Assembly (NCBI GenBank): GCA_965218095.1
Contig: OZ244587.1
Coordinates: 1,696,001-1,760,000 of the forward strand
DNA: 64,000 nucleotides
Source of the DNA: Candidatus Poribacteria bacterium
Lineage (GTDB): Bacteria; Poribacteria; WGA-4E; PCPOR2b
Direction: 5' to 3'
This document shows, piece by piece, positions 42,855-53,139 of this stretch. Position numbers and translations under genes: made by a program. Under the pieces are notes generated by a model. It had not been told where the DNA came from. It worked only from the letters and a program-made list of their open reading frames with translations, and did not search any database. Every line of letters starts with the position of its first letter. Positions within the stretch are counted from its first letter, which is position 1.

Positions 42855-43820
42855 CTCACTGCTGTCATGCAAAGCATGAATCCATGTGTTATTACTTAAT
42901 GTGGGGTCATGAGGACTTGGTTTTCAAGCAATACAGCTTTACTCATATATATCTTACACTGATGACCGTCTAGTCTAGGATATTTTGACATCAATCACCT
43001 TTTCCTATCATGCTATGTTTGGCATCGGGTTTCCCCGTCTCAACTCTTTTACCGAGTCTACCTAAGATAGGTGTGTATGGGATATTCCGACAATCCCAGC
43101 CAAGAATAAAATTGGCACTTCTAATTTATGCTTACATGGCGCACCATTATCCATCAAGCTAAACTTGACAGACCACTAGATTCACTGGAAATTATGAGAT
43201 CATAGGGAAATCACACTGCCATAATCTCCATAATCACCAGTGAATTTCTCCTATCAAGTTATCACAGTGCAGGATGTATTTGACCACTACACACCGCAGA
43301 AAAGGTCAAGCCATGAAACGCAATTTAATCGCAATTGCTTCAATGCAGAAGATTCAAGCAAAAATTGACATTGAATGTATTTATGAATTATCGCCACGAA
43401 ATTTTTCGAGAGTTACAATCGCAGATTGTGAGAAATTTCGTAGATAGGACGGCGTTGGTTGCGCGGCTGCATCTGCGTCCTCCTGCCTAATCTGTGGTTC
43501 TATGCGCATCTCGCCGATTTTGGGCAGAATGAAAGGAGATTTCTATGAACTCGCATCAAGCGCCTTCTGCGAGATCAAGATCGGACAGTGGCGATTTCTT
43601 CACTGGTCTACACGCCTCAAGAACCTGAAGATGTGTTGTATTTGCCCTTCATAGATCTTTGTGAGAAAGCAAGCAGATCTTGATCGGGCGTGGGAACTTG
43701 TCAGGCTGATTCGGAATCGGGCGAAACTTGAATAATTGAAGGATATTCAACTTTGCGAAGGTTTCAAACCTTCGCAAGGGTTTGGGATTACCAAAGGAGA
43801 CAAAAATGCCACAAGAATTA

Positions 43821-44640
43821 GGTTCTGTTGACATTTGAGTATAAGGTTGTGGCATAATAGAAGAATGACGCCAATAACCTTACCTGATGAACAATGGAAT
43901 AAGATATACCGGTTTCTTCTAAGCTGTCCCACCATCTATGTTGGCGACGAAGCTGCTACACGCCGCTTCGTCGAAGCGGTTCTGTGGGTGACTCGTAGTG
44001 GGGCTCAATGGAGACTTCTACCAGACACCTATGGCAAATGGAACACCCACTACAAGCGGTTTGCTCGATGGTGCGACAAAGGTATCTTCACACAGATGCA
44101 CCACCACTTCGCCTCTGACCCCGATATCAAGTCGCTTATTGTGGACAGTACAATCTGCCGCGCTCACCCGTCTGCGGCGGGCGCCGAAAAAAAAAGGGTG
44201 GCACTGAAAACCAAGCATTAGGTCGGTCTCGGGGCGGTTTCAGTACAAAAAATCACATCACAGTTGACGGACTAGGCAATCCGCTAAGAATACATCTGAC
44301 ACCCGGTCAGAGACATGACATAACTGAGGCAGAAGGGTTGATAATCGGATATAACAGTGAATATGTGATTGGAGACAAGGGGTACGATTCGGACGCTTTT
44401 ATCGCCGTTATTGAGGCGAATGGAGCAATTGCGGTGATACCGCCAAAAAGTCATCGTGTTGACCAAAGAATGTATGACAAACACTTATACAAAGAGAGAC
44501 ATCGGGTTGAATGTTTCATTAACAAGATAAAATGGTATCGTCGTATCTTCTCTCGGTTTGAGAAGCTAGCTGTCCGTTATTTTGGATTTCTCAGCTTTGT
44601 CTCCACTCTTATATGGCCCCGTTGAAATGTCAACAGAACC
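43821..44640 (+). mobile_element. IS5-family element copy 2, 820 bp, inverted relative to copy 1
   Basis: Same TIRs and TA flanks; near-identical ORFs 43865-44221 and up to 44625. Confidence 0.93.
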
Positions 44641-44892
44641 TAGTAAGTTATAATTTCTTTCATCTACATAGATCCGCGCCAGGAGCGGAGTCCCTGGACT
44701 GAAAGTTGAACAAACTATTTATAATTTACTTTAGAGCCTATCTAATAATTCAGATTAACCCAGTGGTTAGAGCTAATTGATGACTCGTTCAATGAGCAGG
44801 TGGATGAGACCCAGTATCTCTCCCCCATCTTTCAGAACGTGATTCAAGCAATCAGGAAAGAAAACTTCATTCCACAGGAGCTCAGGTAAATC

Positions 44893-45031
44893 TATACTCA
44901 ACACCGCGTCAAATTGCGCTTTTAAGGGCATCTGTCATCCTGAACGAAGTGAAAGATTTCTTACGCTGAGATTCTTCGCAAAGCCTCAGAATGACAGCCG
45001 AAAAGCGCGGTTTCGGGCGGTGAGTAGTATA
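44893..45031. repeat. MITE enclosing a GTCATCCTGA...TCAGAATGAC palindromic REP-like unit
   Basis: TATACT..CACCGC...GCGCTTTT / AAAAGCGC...GCGGTG.GTAGTATA arms. Confidence 0.65.
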
Positions 45032-45045
45032 CGTTTCACTAAACT

Positions 45046-46272
45046 ATGCAAGCTATCCAATACATCAAAAGTATCCCGCGCTATCTGATCGTGCGTCTCT
45101 TGGGAGAACACTGGAACTGGCTTTACACCTCTGGCGCTGCGTGTATCCGTTTGGTTGAGATCGACGAACCGAAACTACCCACCCCAGATTGGGTGAAAAT
45201 CAAGGCACACCTCAGCGGGATCTGTGGCTCAGATCTCGCGACGATTACCGCGAAAGGAAGCCCGTATTTTTCGCCCTTTACGTCGTGTCCGTTTGTGCTC
45301 GGACACGAAGTTGTTGGAGAAATTGCGGAGATCGGATCGGGGGTCGAAGGGTATACTATTGGGACTCGTGTTGTCCTTGAGCCCGTGCTATCGTGCGAGA
45401 TTCGCGGCATTGAACCGCAATGTCACCAGTGCCAGCACGGGCAGTTTGCGAACTGCGAAAATATTACTCAAGGAAATATCTCCGCAGGCATCCAAACAGG
45501 CTACTGTCGTGACACAGGCGGGGGCTGGAGTCCCTGCTTTCTGGCGCATAAAAGCCAGATTCATCCCGTGCCAGATGACCTCTCCGACGAGATCGCCGTT
45601 CTCATCGAACCATTTGCATGTGCGTTACACGCTGTTTTGAAGGCCAATCTCAAAGACACGGACGAGATCTTGATCATTGGCGCGGGGACGGTCGGACTTC
45701 TCACGGTTGCAGCAATCCGCGCCATTGGGAAATCGAACCGAATTCTGATTGGCGCCAAATACCCGCACCAGGGTAAACTTGCACGCGAACTTGGTGCCAA
45801 TGAGATCCTCGCCCCTGACAAAGGGCTCTACGCAAATTTCTGCCGCTTGACGGGTGCGGCAAGCTATCAACCTGAGCTTGGCAAACCCGTCCTGCTCGGT
45901 GGCGTCGGTGTGACGTTTGACTGTGTTGCCTCCGCTACGACAATCGACGACGCCCTCCGTTTCACGAGAGCCCAGGGACGTGTTATGCTAGTGGGTATGC
46001 CCGCCATTCCGAAAAACATCGATTGGACATCGATCTGGTACAAGGAATTGAAAGTCAGCGGCGCATATACTTACGGAGTCGAAACCTACAAAGGCAAACA
46101 GATCCGCACCTTCACGCTTGGGATTCGACTGCTGGGACAGATGGGGGATAGGCTGCTCCCTTTAATTGGAAAGCCGTTCTCGCTAAAGGATTACCGACAA
46201 GCGATCCAAGCTGTGCTGTACACCGGAAAATCCGGTTTGGTGAAAACAACCTTCGATCCACGGTTATTGTGA
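45046..46272 (+). CDS. Zn-dependent alcohol dehydrogenase (MDR family)
   Basis: GICGSD, GHEVVG, CHQC..G..ANC, EPFACALH, GAGTVG. Confidence 0.92.
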   Translation: MQAIQYIKSIPRYLIVRLLGEHWNWLYTSGAACIRLVEIDEPKLPTPDWVKIKAHLSGICGSDLATITAKGSPYFSPFTSCPFVLGHEVVGEIAEIGSGVEGYTIGTRVVLEPVLSCEIRGIEPQCHQCQHGQFANCENITQGNISAGIQTGYCRDTGGGWSPCFLAHKSQIHPVPDDLSDEIAVLIEPFACALHAVLKANLKDTDEILIIGAGTVGLLTVAAIRAIGKSNRILIGAKYPHQGKLARELGANEILAPDKGLYANFCRLTGAASYQPELGKPVLLGGVGVTFDCVASATTIDDALRFTRAQGRVMLVGMPAIPKNIDWTSIWYKELKVSGAYTYGVETYKGKQIRTFTLGIRLLGQMGDRLLPLIGKPFSLKDYRQAIQAVLYTGKSGLVKTTFDPRLL

Positions 46273-46388
46273 AACGTGATGTGCACGATTTCAAAGAAGC
46301 AAGCTCACCTTGATGAGATCAAGGCAAATCTGAGCAGCATTGTCATTCAGCTAGATGACCTCAAGCCAAAGATATGTAGGGGACTCTC

Positions 46389-47981
46389 ATGCAAAGGCGA
46401 ACCTTCGTTACCGGTGGTCCCGTCGTACCTTCGGAAAACTACCTCGTTCCAAGAGAGCGGGAGTTGGCTGACTTTCTGGATCGAGTTAGGAGTGGAAAAT
46501 ACATCGTTATTTTTGCGCCACAACAGACGGGGAAAACCACCTTTTTCTTTCGTGCACTCAAACAACTTGCGCAGGATGCGTCTTATATTCCAATCTGGAT
46601 CGACTTCCAGATTTACTCGGAGGCAGCGTCAGAGACGTTTTATCGGCACTTCATGCAAAGAGCCAGATTGATGATCAAAGGTCGACTTAAAGAGATTGAA
46701 CTTTCTCGGTATACTGACGTTGCTGATTGGATGGATGGACAAAATGTCACCGATCACCTTTCGTTTCAAGATTTCTTTGGTGGATTACATGCTCAACTTC
46801 CCGAAACGAAAATCTGCATCATCATTGACGAATTTGATGGCATCCCAAAGGATGCCTTGCGAAATTTCCTCTACACATTCCGGGAGATCTACAACGCCAA
46901 GAAATTATCCAATACCAACAACTACCTTCACAGCGTTGGCATCGTCGGTGTCAAAAGCATCGCACAGTTGGATTTTGATCGCAGTATTTCCCCGTTCAAT
47001 ATCCAAGACAGGTTTGCCCTCCCAAACTTCACGCGGGAGCAGACAGCGAACCTCTATGAGCAGTACACTGAAGAAACGGGACAAGCATTGGCACCGGAAG
47101 TGATTGAAGCTGTCCATCATAAGACAGCGGGACAACCTTTTCTGGTCAATCAATTGGGGCAAATTTTGACTGTAGAACTTGGGGTTGACACAACCGAAAC
47201 AATCACGTTGGAACATTTTCGTAAGGTTTACAGACGACTGCCCAACGACAATAACACGCACTTTCAACACCTGAGACGCAACATCAATCGAAAGCCAGAA
47301 TTCAAACGCATCCTGAACTGCATTATGTTCGATGATCGCGAGTTCGACTTTAACATCAACGATGTGTTAATCAGCGAATTGAACACTTACGGCATCGTGC
47401 GCGAGAACGAGGAGGGGATCTGTGTCATCGACAATCCGATTTATCAAGAGATCATTATCAAAACCTTTACACCCACAATTAACGGCATTGAGGATGAATA
47501 TCTCCCTGAATCGGGAGAAGATTTCATCGACTACCTATCGGAGGAGGGGAAGGTACAGATGGACGTCCTATTGGACAACTTCTGCGATTTCATCGAGCGG
47601 ATAGGATATCGCATCCTCGAAGTTCCTAAAACCCCTCAAGAATTTGTGGGACAGTATCTTTTGTTGACTTATCTGGATCTCTTTGCGTGACAGATTGGTG
47701 GGCATCTATATCCTGAAGTCCCAACGGTACATGGACGGATGGACGTTATCTTGCTTTACCGGGGAGAAAAGCACATCGTTGAAACTAAACTATGGCGTGG
47801 GGAAAAGCGTTATCAACGAGGGAAAGGCCAATTGGCATCGTACCTGAAGACAGAAGGCGTTCAACGCGGATATTACGTCGTGTTTGATCGCCGCCACAAC
47901 CCCGAAGCGCGATACGAGCAGGACACAGTTGATGGAAAGGAGATCGTGAGCTACTGCATCCCTATTCCAACCGAAAAATAA
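46389..47981 (+). pseudogene. AAA-like ATPase with C-terminal PD-(D/E)XK nuclease-like domain, split by an in-frame TGA
   Basis: APQQTGKTT, IIDEFD, SPFNI, TAGQPFLVN; TGA 47688-47690 continues in frame QIGGHLYPEVPT..GRMDVIL...IVETKLW...QLASY. Confidence 0.8.
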
Positions 47982-48001
47982 AAAGCTAACGGAGGAAAAA
48001 T

Positions 48002-49621
48002 ATGTCCAACCAAACAACAAACAAAAAAATACCAACGCTTGAAGAGATTCAGAAAGAGTTTGAGGATTTTGTCAAACGGAAGTACGGCGGTACTGTTAGC
48101 TTTACGATGTCACAGGCGAAGCCGTCTACGAACGCAGCGGATGATACAAAAACGTCCACGTCAGAAGAAAAATTGTTCAATCTGAAATTTGACCTCAAAC
48201 CGAAGGAGGTTAAGCAGTATCTAGACCGTTATGTTATCAAACAGGATGAGGCGAAGAAAGCCCTCGCAATCGCCGTGTGCGATCACTACAATCATGTGCG
48301 AGAATACCATGAGAATCCGAAAGTCGCTGACACCGATTACTCAAAGCAGAATGTCATCATGCTCGGACCGACAGGCGTAGGTAAAACCTACCTGATTCGT
48401 CATATTGCCAAACTAATCGGTGTGCCGTTTGTTAAAGCGGACGCGACCCGATTTAGCGAAACCGGCTATGTCGGCGCAAACGCTGATGACATGATTCGTG
48501 ATCTGGTTACGCAGGCGGACGAAGACATTGAACTGGCTCAATACGGCATCGTTTACCTCGATGAAGCGGACAAGATCGCCACCCCACCGAACATCATCGG
48601 ACGCGATGTCAGCGGGCGGGGTGTGCAGATCGGTCTGCTCAAACTGATGGAGGAGACGGAGGTTGATCTTCGCGCAGGTTGCGATGTAGCTTCCCAAATG
48701 CAAGCCATGATGGAGCTCCAGCAGAAGGGCAAGGTTGAACGGCGAATCATTAATACCCGCCATATCCTTTTCATTATCAGTGGAGCGTTCAACGAGCTGA
48801 AAGAGATTATCCCAAAACGCTTAAACGAGAGAAGCATCGGCTTTAACACAACAGTGAAGAGTCAGACTGAGGAGAAGGATTACTTTCAGTACGTCACACC
48901 GCAGGATTTCATCGAGTTTGGATTTGAACCCGAATTCATCGGGCGTCTGCCCGTCCACGTTGTTTGCCAGGATCTCTCCGTCGATGATCTCTACCACATC
49001 CTGAAGCACTCAGAGGGGTCTATCATCCGTCAGTACGAACAGGCGTTTCGCGCTTATGGGATTGAAGCCCTGTTTTCGGATGAAGGGCTGCGTCAAATTG
49101 CCAAGGAGGCGCATGTTCAGAAGACCGGCGCGCGGGCGTTGATGACGGTTTGCGAAAAGACGTCGCGGGAGTATAAGTTCGAACTGCCGTCTTCCAGCGT
49201 CCGAGAATTTGTCGTGACGGCAAGCGTCGTCGATGATCCGGCAGGTGAATTGAAGCGGATTATGGAAGACCCAGACTACAACCGCCAGATCGTGATGCGC
49301 GAGCGAGTTCGCCGTTATGAAGAGAACTTCCAACGTGAACATCAGATGCAGATCCAATTTGACGATGAGGCCACAGAACTCATCTGCCAAAAGGCGATAG
49401 ATCAGGAACGAGGGCCAAAGGAAATCTGTGAGGAACTGCTTCAGAGTTATCAACACGGACTGAACCTCATCAGACAAAATATGAAACAGTCTGTGTTTAT
49501 CTTCACCAAAGCGGTGGTGGAGAACCCTGATGATGTGCTTGAACGGTGGATCCGCGAGTCCTATGCGGCGAAATCGAGAGAGGAAGGAAGAGCATCATCG
49601 GAGGCCGACAGCGATGTGTGA
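48002..49621 (+). CDS. clpX: ClpX-like AAA+ ATPase lacking the N-terminal zinc finger, with a C-terminal extension
   Basis: LDRYVIKQDEAKK, GPTGVGKT, SETGYVG, DEADKI, RDVSGRGVQ, PEFIGRLP, TGARAL. Confidence 0.8.
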   Translation: MSNQTTNKKIPTLEEIQKEFEDFVKRKYGGTVSFTMSQAKPSTNAADDTKTSTSEEKLFNLKFDLKPKEVKQYLDRYVIKQDEAKKALAIAVCDHYNHVREYHENPKVADTDYSKQNVIMLGPTGVGKTYLIRHIAKLIGVPFVKADATRFSETGYVGANADDMIRDLVTQADEDIELAQYGIVYLDEADKIATPPNIIGRDVSGRGVQIGLLKLMEETEVDLRAGCDVASQMQAMMELQQKGKVERRIINTRHILFIISGAFNELKEIIPKRLNERSIGFNTTVKSQTEEKDYFQYVTPQDFIEFGFEPEFIGRLPVHVVCQDLSVDDLYHILKHSEGSIIRQYEQAFRAYGIEALFSDEGLRQIAKEAHVQKTGARALMTVCEKTSREYKFELPSSSVREFVVTASVVDDPAGELKRIMEDPDYNRQIVMRERVRRYEENFQREHQMQIQFDDEATELICQKAIDQERGPKEICEELLQSYQHGLNLIRQNMKQSVFIFTKAVVENPDDVLERWIRESYAAKSREEGRASSEADSDV

Positions 49622-49634
49622 AACGAAAAAATAA

Positions 49635-49683
49635 GGAGTGTACAGACTCTGTTGCGGCCGCGAAAACAGAGTCTGTACACTCC
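49635..49683. terminator. Intrinsic terminator with a 19-bp perfect stem
   Basis: GGAGTGTACAGACTCTGTT...AACAGAGTCTGTACACTCC followed by a T-run and preceded by an A-run. Confidence 0.85.
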
Positions 49684-49696
49684 ATTTTTTAGACAA

Positions 49697-49760
49697 ATAA
49701 ACTTGACTCACAAGGTCATATATATTATAATTAAATCCGACCAAATTGGTAATCAATATT
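49697..49760 (+). promoter_or_regulatory. Promoter with two Rrf2/IscR-type operator-like sites
   Basis: TTGACT-17 nt-TATAAT (49703-49731); AACTTGACTCACAAGGTCATAT and AATCCGACCAAATTGGTAATCAAT resemble IscR type-1 sites. Confidence 0.65.
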
Positions 49761-49772
49761 TGGGAGGCAACC

Positions 49773-50225
49773 ATGCGGTTATCTGCTAAATCGAAATATG
49801 CTGTTTTAGCGATGCTTGAGTTGGCACTGCAATATCGCAGAAAATTTGTTCCTGTGACAGAGATTTCAGAAAAGCAGGGCATTTCACGTCCGTTTCTTGA
49901 GAAACTCTTGCTGCAACTTAAACGCGCCGGTTTGACAGACAGCCGTCGTGGTCCCGACGGTGGGTACAGTCTGGCACGGCCCCCCGCTGAGATTCGCATT
50001 GGAGATATTTTCAAGGTGATGGAAGGTCCCGTCGATTTCACGGATTGTTTTGACTCGCCTTCCCAATCCGAAGCGACCAATCACTGTATGGAATATATAC
50101 TTCAAGAAATCGAGGAAGGGATTTGTAAAGTCTTGAACGCAAAGACTTTACAAGATCTGTGTAGTAAAGAGCGAGAGTTTCAACGTCTCGCCCAACCCAA
50201 CCCCACCCATTCTTTTTCAATTTGA
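49773..50225 (+). CDS. Rrf2-family regulator (CymR/IscR-like)
   Basis: MRLSAKSKYAV, EISEKQGIS..FLEKLL..LKRAGL..SRRGPDGGY.LAR. Confidence 0.92.
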   Translation: MRLSAKSKYAVLAMLELALQYRRKFVPVTEISEKQGISRPFLEKLLLQLKRAGLTDSRRGPDGGYSLARPPAEIRIGDIFKVMEGPVDFTDCFDSPSQSEATNHCMEYILQEIEEGICKVLNAKTLQDLCSKEREFQRLAQPNPTHSFSI

Positions 50226-50240
50226 TGGACTGCATAAGAA

Positions 50241-51191
50241 ATGAAGATTGCTGAAAACCTTATAGACCTCATCGGCAATACACCACTGGTTTGCCTGAAC
50301 TATTTGCCCGGCCCAAACGACGCAACAGTCTTCGCAAAGTTGGAATCGTATAACCCGGGCGGCAGCATCAAAGACCGGATCGGTTATGCCATGATAGCCG
50401 ACGCCGAAGAACGGGGGTTACTCAAACCGGGTGACACGATCGTTGAACCGACGGCTGGTAATACGGGAATCGGGCTTTCGATTGTCGCGGTTGCGAGGGG
50501 ATACCGCGTCATCTTGACCATGCCAGAAAACGTCAGCCGGGAGAAGTACACGCTGCTTTCCTCTTTTGGCGCAGAAATCGTACTGACGCCTGAAGATTCC
50601 GGAATGGGTGGGGCAATCTGGGAAGCCGAGGAGATTGTCAGAGGAAATCCGAGTTATTTCATGCCGAACCAGTTTCAGAATCCGGTGAATCCTGAGATTC
50701 ACCGACAAACGACAGCGCGTGAGATCTTGGAAGACTTGGATCGGGAGGTCGATTTTTTCGTCGCCGGCGTGGGGACGGGGGGAACATTAACAGGCGTTGG
50801 GGAAGTCCTCAAAGCCCGTCGCTCTAAAACTCAGGTAGTTGCCGTGGAGCCGAGCGTCTCTCCAGTTTTGTCAGGTGGAGAGCCGGGCCCGACCCACATT
50901 GATGGCATTGGAGCAGGCAGGATTCCAGAGGTATTGAATGTTGATATTATCGATCGAGTGATCACGGTATCTGACGAAGAAGCTTATCAGATGATGCGGC
51001 GGATTTCAAAGACTGAAGGTTTACTTATCGGCATGTCATCAGGGGCAAATGTCCATGCCACATTAGAAGTGGCTCGAGATCTTGGCAAGGATAAGACTGT
51101 TGTCACGATCTTGCCGGATACAGGTGACCGTTATTTTAGTCTCGCCCAGTATTTTGAACGGGAAATCGATCCAGAAGTCGATTTTGAGTAG
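50241..51191 (+). CDS. cysK: Cysteine synthase
   Basis: IGNTPL, NPGGSIKDR, EPTAGNTG, GVGTGGT, GIGAG, PDTGDRY. Confidence 0.95.
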   Translation: MKIAENLIDLIGNTPLVCLNYLPGPNDATVFAKLESYNPGGSIKDRIGYAMIADAEERGLLKPGDTIVEPTAGNTGIGLSIVAVARGYRVILTMPENVSREKYTLLSSFGAEIVLTPEDSGMGGAIWEAEEIVRGNPSYFMPNQFQNPVNPEIHRQTTAREILEDLDREVDFFVAGVGTGGTLTGVGEVLKARRSKTQVVAVEPSVSPVLSGGEPGPTHIDGIGAGRIPEVLNVDIIDRVITVSDEEAYQMMRRISKTEGLLIGMSSGANVHATLEVARDLGKDKTVVTILPDTGDRYFSLAQYFEREIDPEVDFE

Positions 51192-51244
51192 TTTCGCAGA
51201 TTACACCCTGAATCTCTGTATCACAATCGGCGGTTATAGAAGGG

Positions 51245-52021
51245 GTGGCTTATTCATTGAATGAATTGACAAACCGAAATTTGATAAATGAAGAGTTGTG
51301 TTACCAAGTACGCTTGCTTGAAGAACCGCGGGAGATTTTGTTCTACCTCTTTAAGCGTTTCAAGGAGCGAGCGGCGATTGTCACGAGCGGACAGTTGTCC
51401 GGAATGGTTTTGATTCAGATGGCTCATGAAAATAAGCTGCCATTTCGGGTCTGTACGATTGATACCCTGCGTCTGTTCCCTGAAACTTACGAATTCCTCG
51501 AGCGCGTCGAGGCGCATTACAACATTCCCATCGAAAGGATTACGCCGGATACGGGAGAGGTAGATCGAATGGTGGCAAATCACGGAGAACATCTGTTTTT
51601 CGATAGCAAACAGAAACAGGAATATTGCTGCAACATCAGGAAAGTGAAGCCGATGCAGCGATTGTTGGATACCCTGGATGTCTGGTTTTCCGGGCTTCGG
51701 CGAGATCAATCCGGTGATCGGCGATACATACCCACAGTGGAAACGATTGATCATAACGGACGTCCTGTTCTGAAGGTCAATCCACTCGCAGATTGGCCCG
51801 AAGCACGGGTCTGGGAATTCATTCACGAAAACGATGTGCCTGTAAATCCACTGATGAAGCCTCAGAAGCACGGACATTACTATGAATCGATCGGATGCAT
51901 CATCTGTACAACCCGGATCCGGCCCGGTGAGCCGAAACGGGCGGGACGGTGGCGATGGCAAAACACAACTTCGCCCGAAGATGAAAATAAGAAAGAATGC
52001 GGGCTTCACTATGCAATATAA
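51245..52021 (+). CDS. cysH: APS/PAPS reductase, Fe-S-containing type
   Basis: IDTLRLFPET, CCNIRK, GLRRDQS, SIGCIICT, RAGRW, ECGLH. Confidence 0.93.
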   Translation: MAYSLNELTNRNLINEELCYQVRLLEEPREILFYLFKRFKERAAIVTSGQLSGMVLIQMAHENKLPFRVCTIDTLRLFPETYEFLERVEAHYNIPIERITPDTGEVDRMVANHGEHLFFDSKQKQEYCCNIRKVKPMQRLLDTLDVWFSGLRRDQSGDRRYIPTVETIDHNGRPVLKVNPLADWPEARVWEFIHENDVPVNPLMKPQKHGHYYESIGCIICTTRIRPGEPKRAGRWRWQNTTSPEDENKKECGLHYAI

Positions 52022-52061
52022 AAGTAATTTTATTTGACCTACAAAGAAGGGAGCTTATACA

Positions 52062-52334
52062 ATGGCTGTTACAGTACGTATTCCGACTCCACTGAGAAGA
52101 CTCACGCAAAATCAGCCGGAAGTTGAAGCGGAGGGAGACAATATTGAAAGTCTCATTGAAAACCTTGAGGCAAACTACCCGGGGATTAAAGAACGCATCT
52201 GTGATGAATCCGGTAATATTCGCCGTTTTGTCAACTTCTACCTCAACGACGAAGATATCCGCTTCTTAGACGGAAAAGCAACGGCAGTTAAAGATGGCGA
52301 CGAGATCTCAGTTATCCCTGCAATCGCAGGTTGA
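52062..52334 (+). CDS. MoaD/CysO-like ubiquitin-fold sulfur carrier ending IPAIAG (no diglycine)
   Basis: VRIPTPLR, RRFVNFYLNDEDIRFL, DGDEISVIPAIAG-TGA. Confidence 0.9.
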   Translation: MAVTVRIPTPLRRLTQNQPEVEAEGDNIESLIENLEANYPGIKERICDESGNIRRFVNFYLNDEDIRFLDGKATAVKDGDEISVIPAIAG

Positions 52335-52482
52335 AGTGTAGTCCGATTAGATCTCAATGAAGCATCGAGGATTCAAAGCAATCGGACGAGCACGGGAATC
52401 CCGCGCTATCGGGGCGGCTAGTCGTGGTTAATTTGGTTGCGTGAAATGTAAAATGTAGAACGGAAATATTTACGTTTTACGC

Positions 52483-53106
52483 ATGGTGAGGGGAATCGAA
52501 GTGTTAGTGTTACAAAGCGAGAGTTTGGATCAGATCTACGCGCACGCAAAGGCAGAATTTCCCGAAGAGTGCTGTGGCATCATCTTGAGCGACGGGGCCC
52601 GGGAGTTCGTCCGGAAGTGCCGGAATGTACAAAATGAACGGCATGCCGAAGCCCCGGAAATGTATCCCCGCGATGCACGCACCGCTTATCTGATAGACCC
52701 GAACGACTTAATCCGCGTGCATAAAGAGGCTGAAACCGAAAATCAACCGATCAAGGCATTTTATCATTCACACCCGAATCACGACGCCTACTTTTCGGAG
52801 AAAGATAAAGCGGATGCAATGGCCTGGGACGAACCGATGTATCCCGATGCAGCTTATATTGTGGTCTCCATCTATACTAACGTCTTCCACGCCTTCTTTG
52901 CCCGTTTGAGGCATGTTGCATGCCTTCTCCTGCCGTATCCCTTCGGAAAACATGCTCTCACTAAGTCATCGGGAGAAAGAATCAGGTACTTGTCAGCATC
53001 GGGGTTGCGCTCCCTGTCAAGTTGTACGACCGCAAAGGCTTTCGCTTGGAGTGAGGCTGACACGGACTTTGTAGAAGTGCCGATACACGCAAAACGTGAT
53101 GCGTAA
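52483..53106 (+). CDS. Mov34/JAB (Mec-like) metallopeptidase with an approximately 50-aa foreign in-frame insert
   Basis: PEECCG, FYHSHP....FSEKD, YIVVSI. Confidence 0.85.
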   Translation: MVRGIEVLVLQSESLDQIYAHAKAEFPEECCGIILSDGAREFVRKCRNVQNERHAEAPEMYPRDARTAYLIDPNDLIRVHKEAETENQPIKAFYHSHPNHDAYFSEKDKADAMAWDEPMYPDAAYIVVSIYTNVFHAFFARLRHVACLLLPYPFGKHALTKSSGERIRYLSASGLRSLSSCTTAKAFAWSEADTDFVEVPIHAKRDA

Positions 53107-53139
53107 GAGGATTCGTTAATTCAGAAAGGAGCGATAGAC

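Noticed and set aside
42855-43820. AT-rich stretch possibly holding HicAB-like or other toxin remnants
   Set aside because: Too degraded for a supportable call; only small palindromes such as 43753-43777
47688-47690. Selenocysteine in the AAA ATPase
   Set aside because: No redox-motif context or evident SECIS; CGA-to-TGA is simpler
51254-52009. Long antisense ORFs (also 54249-54935, 6172-6759 and others)
   Set aside because: Shadows of well-supported genes on the other strand, with no motifs
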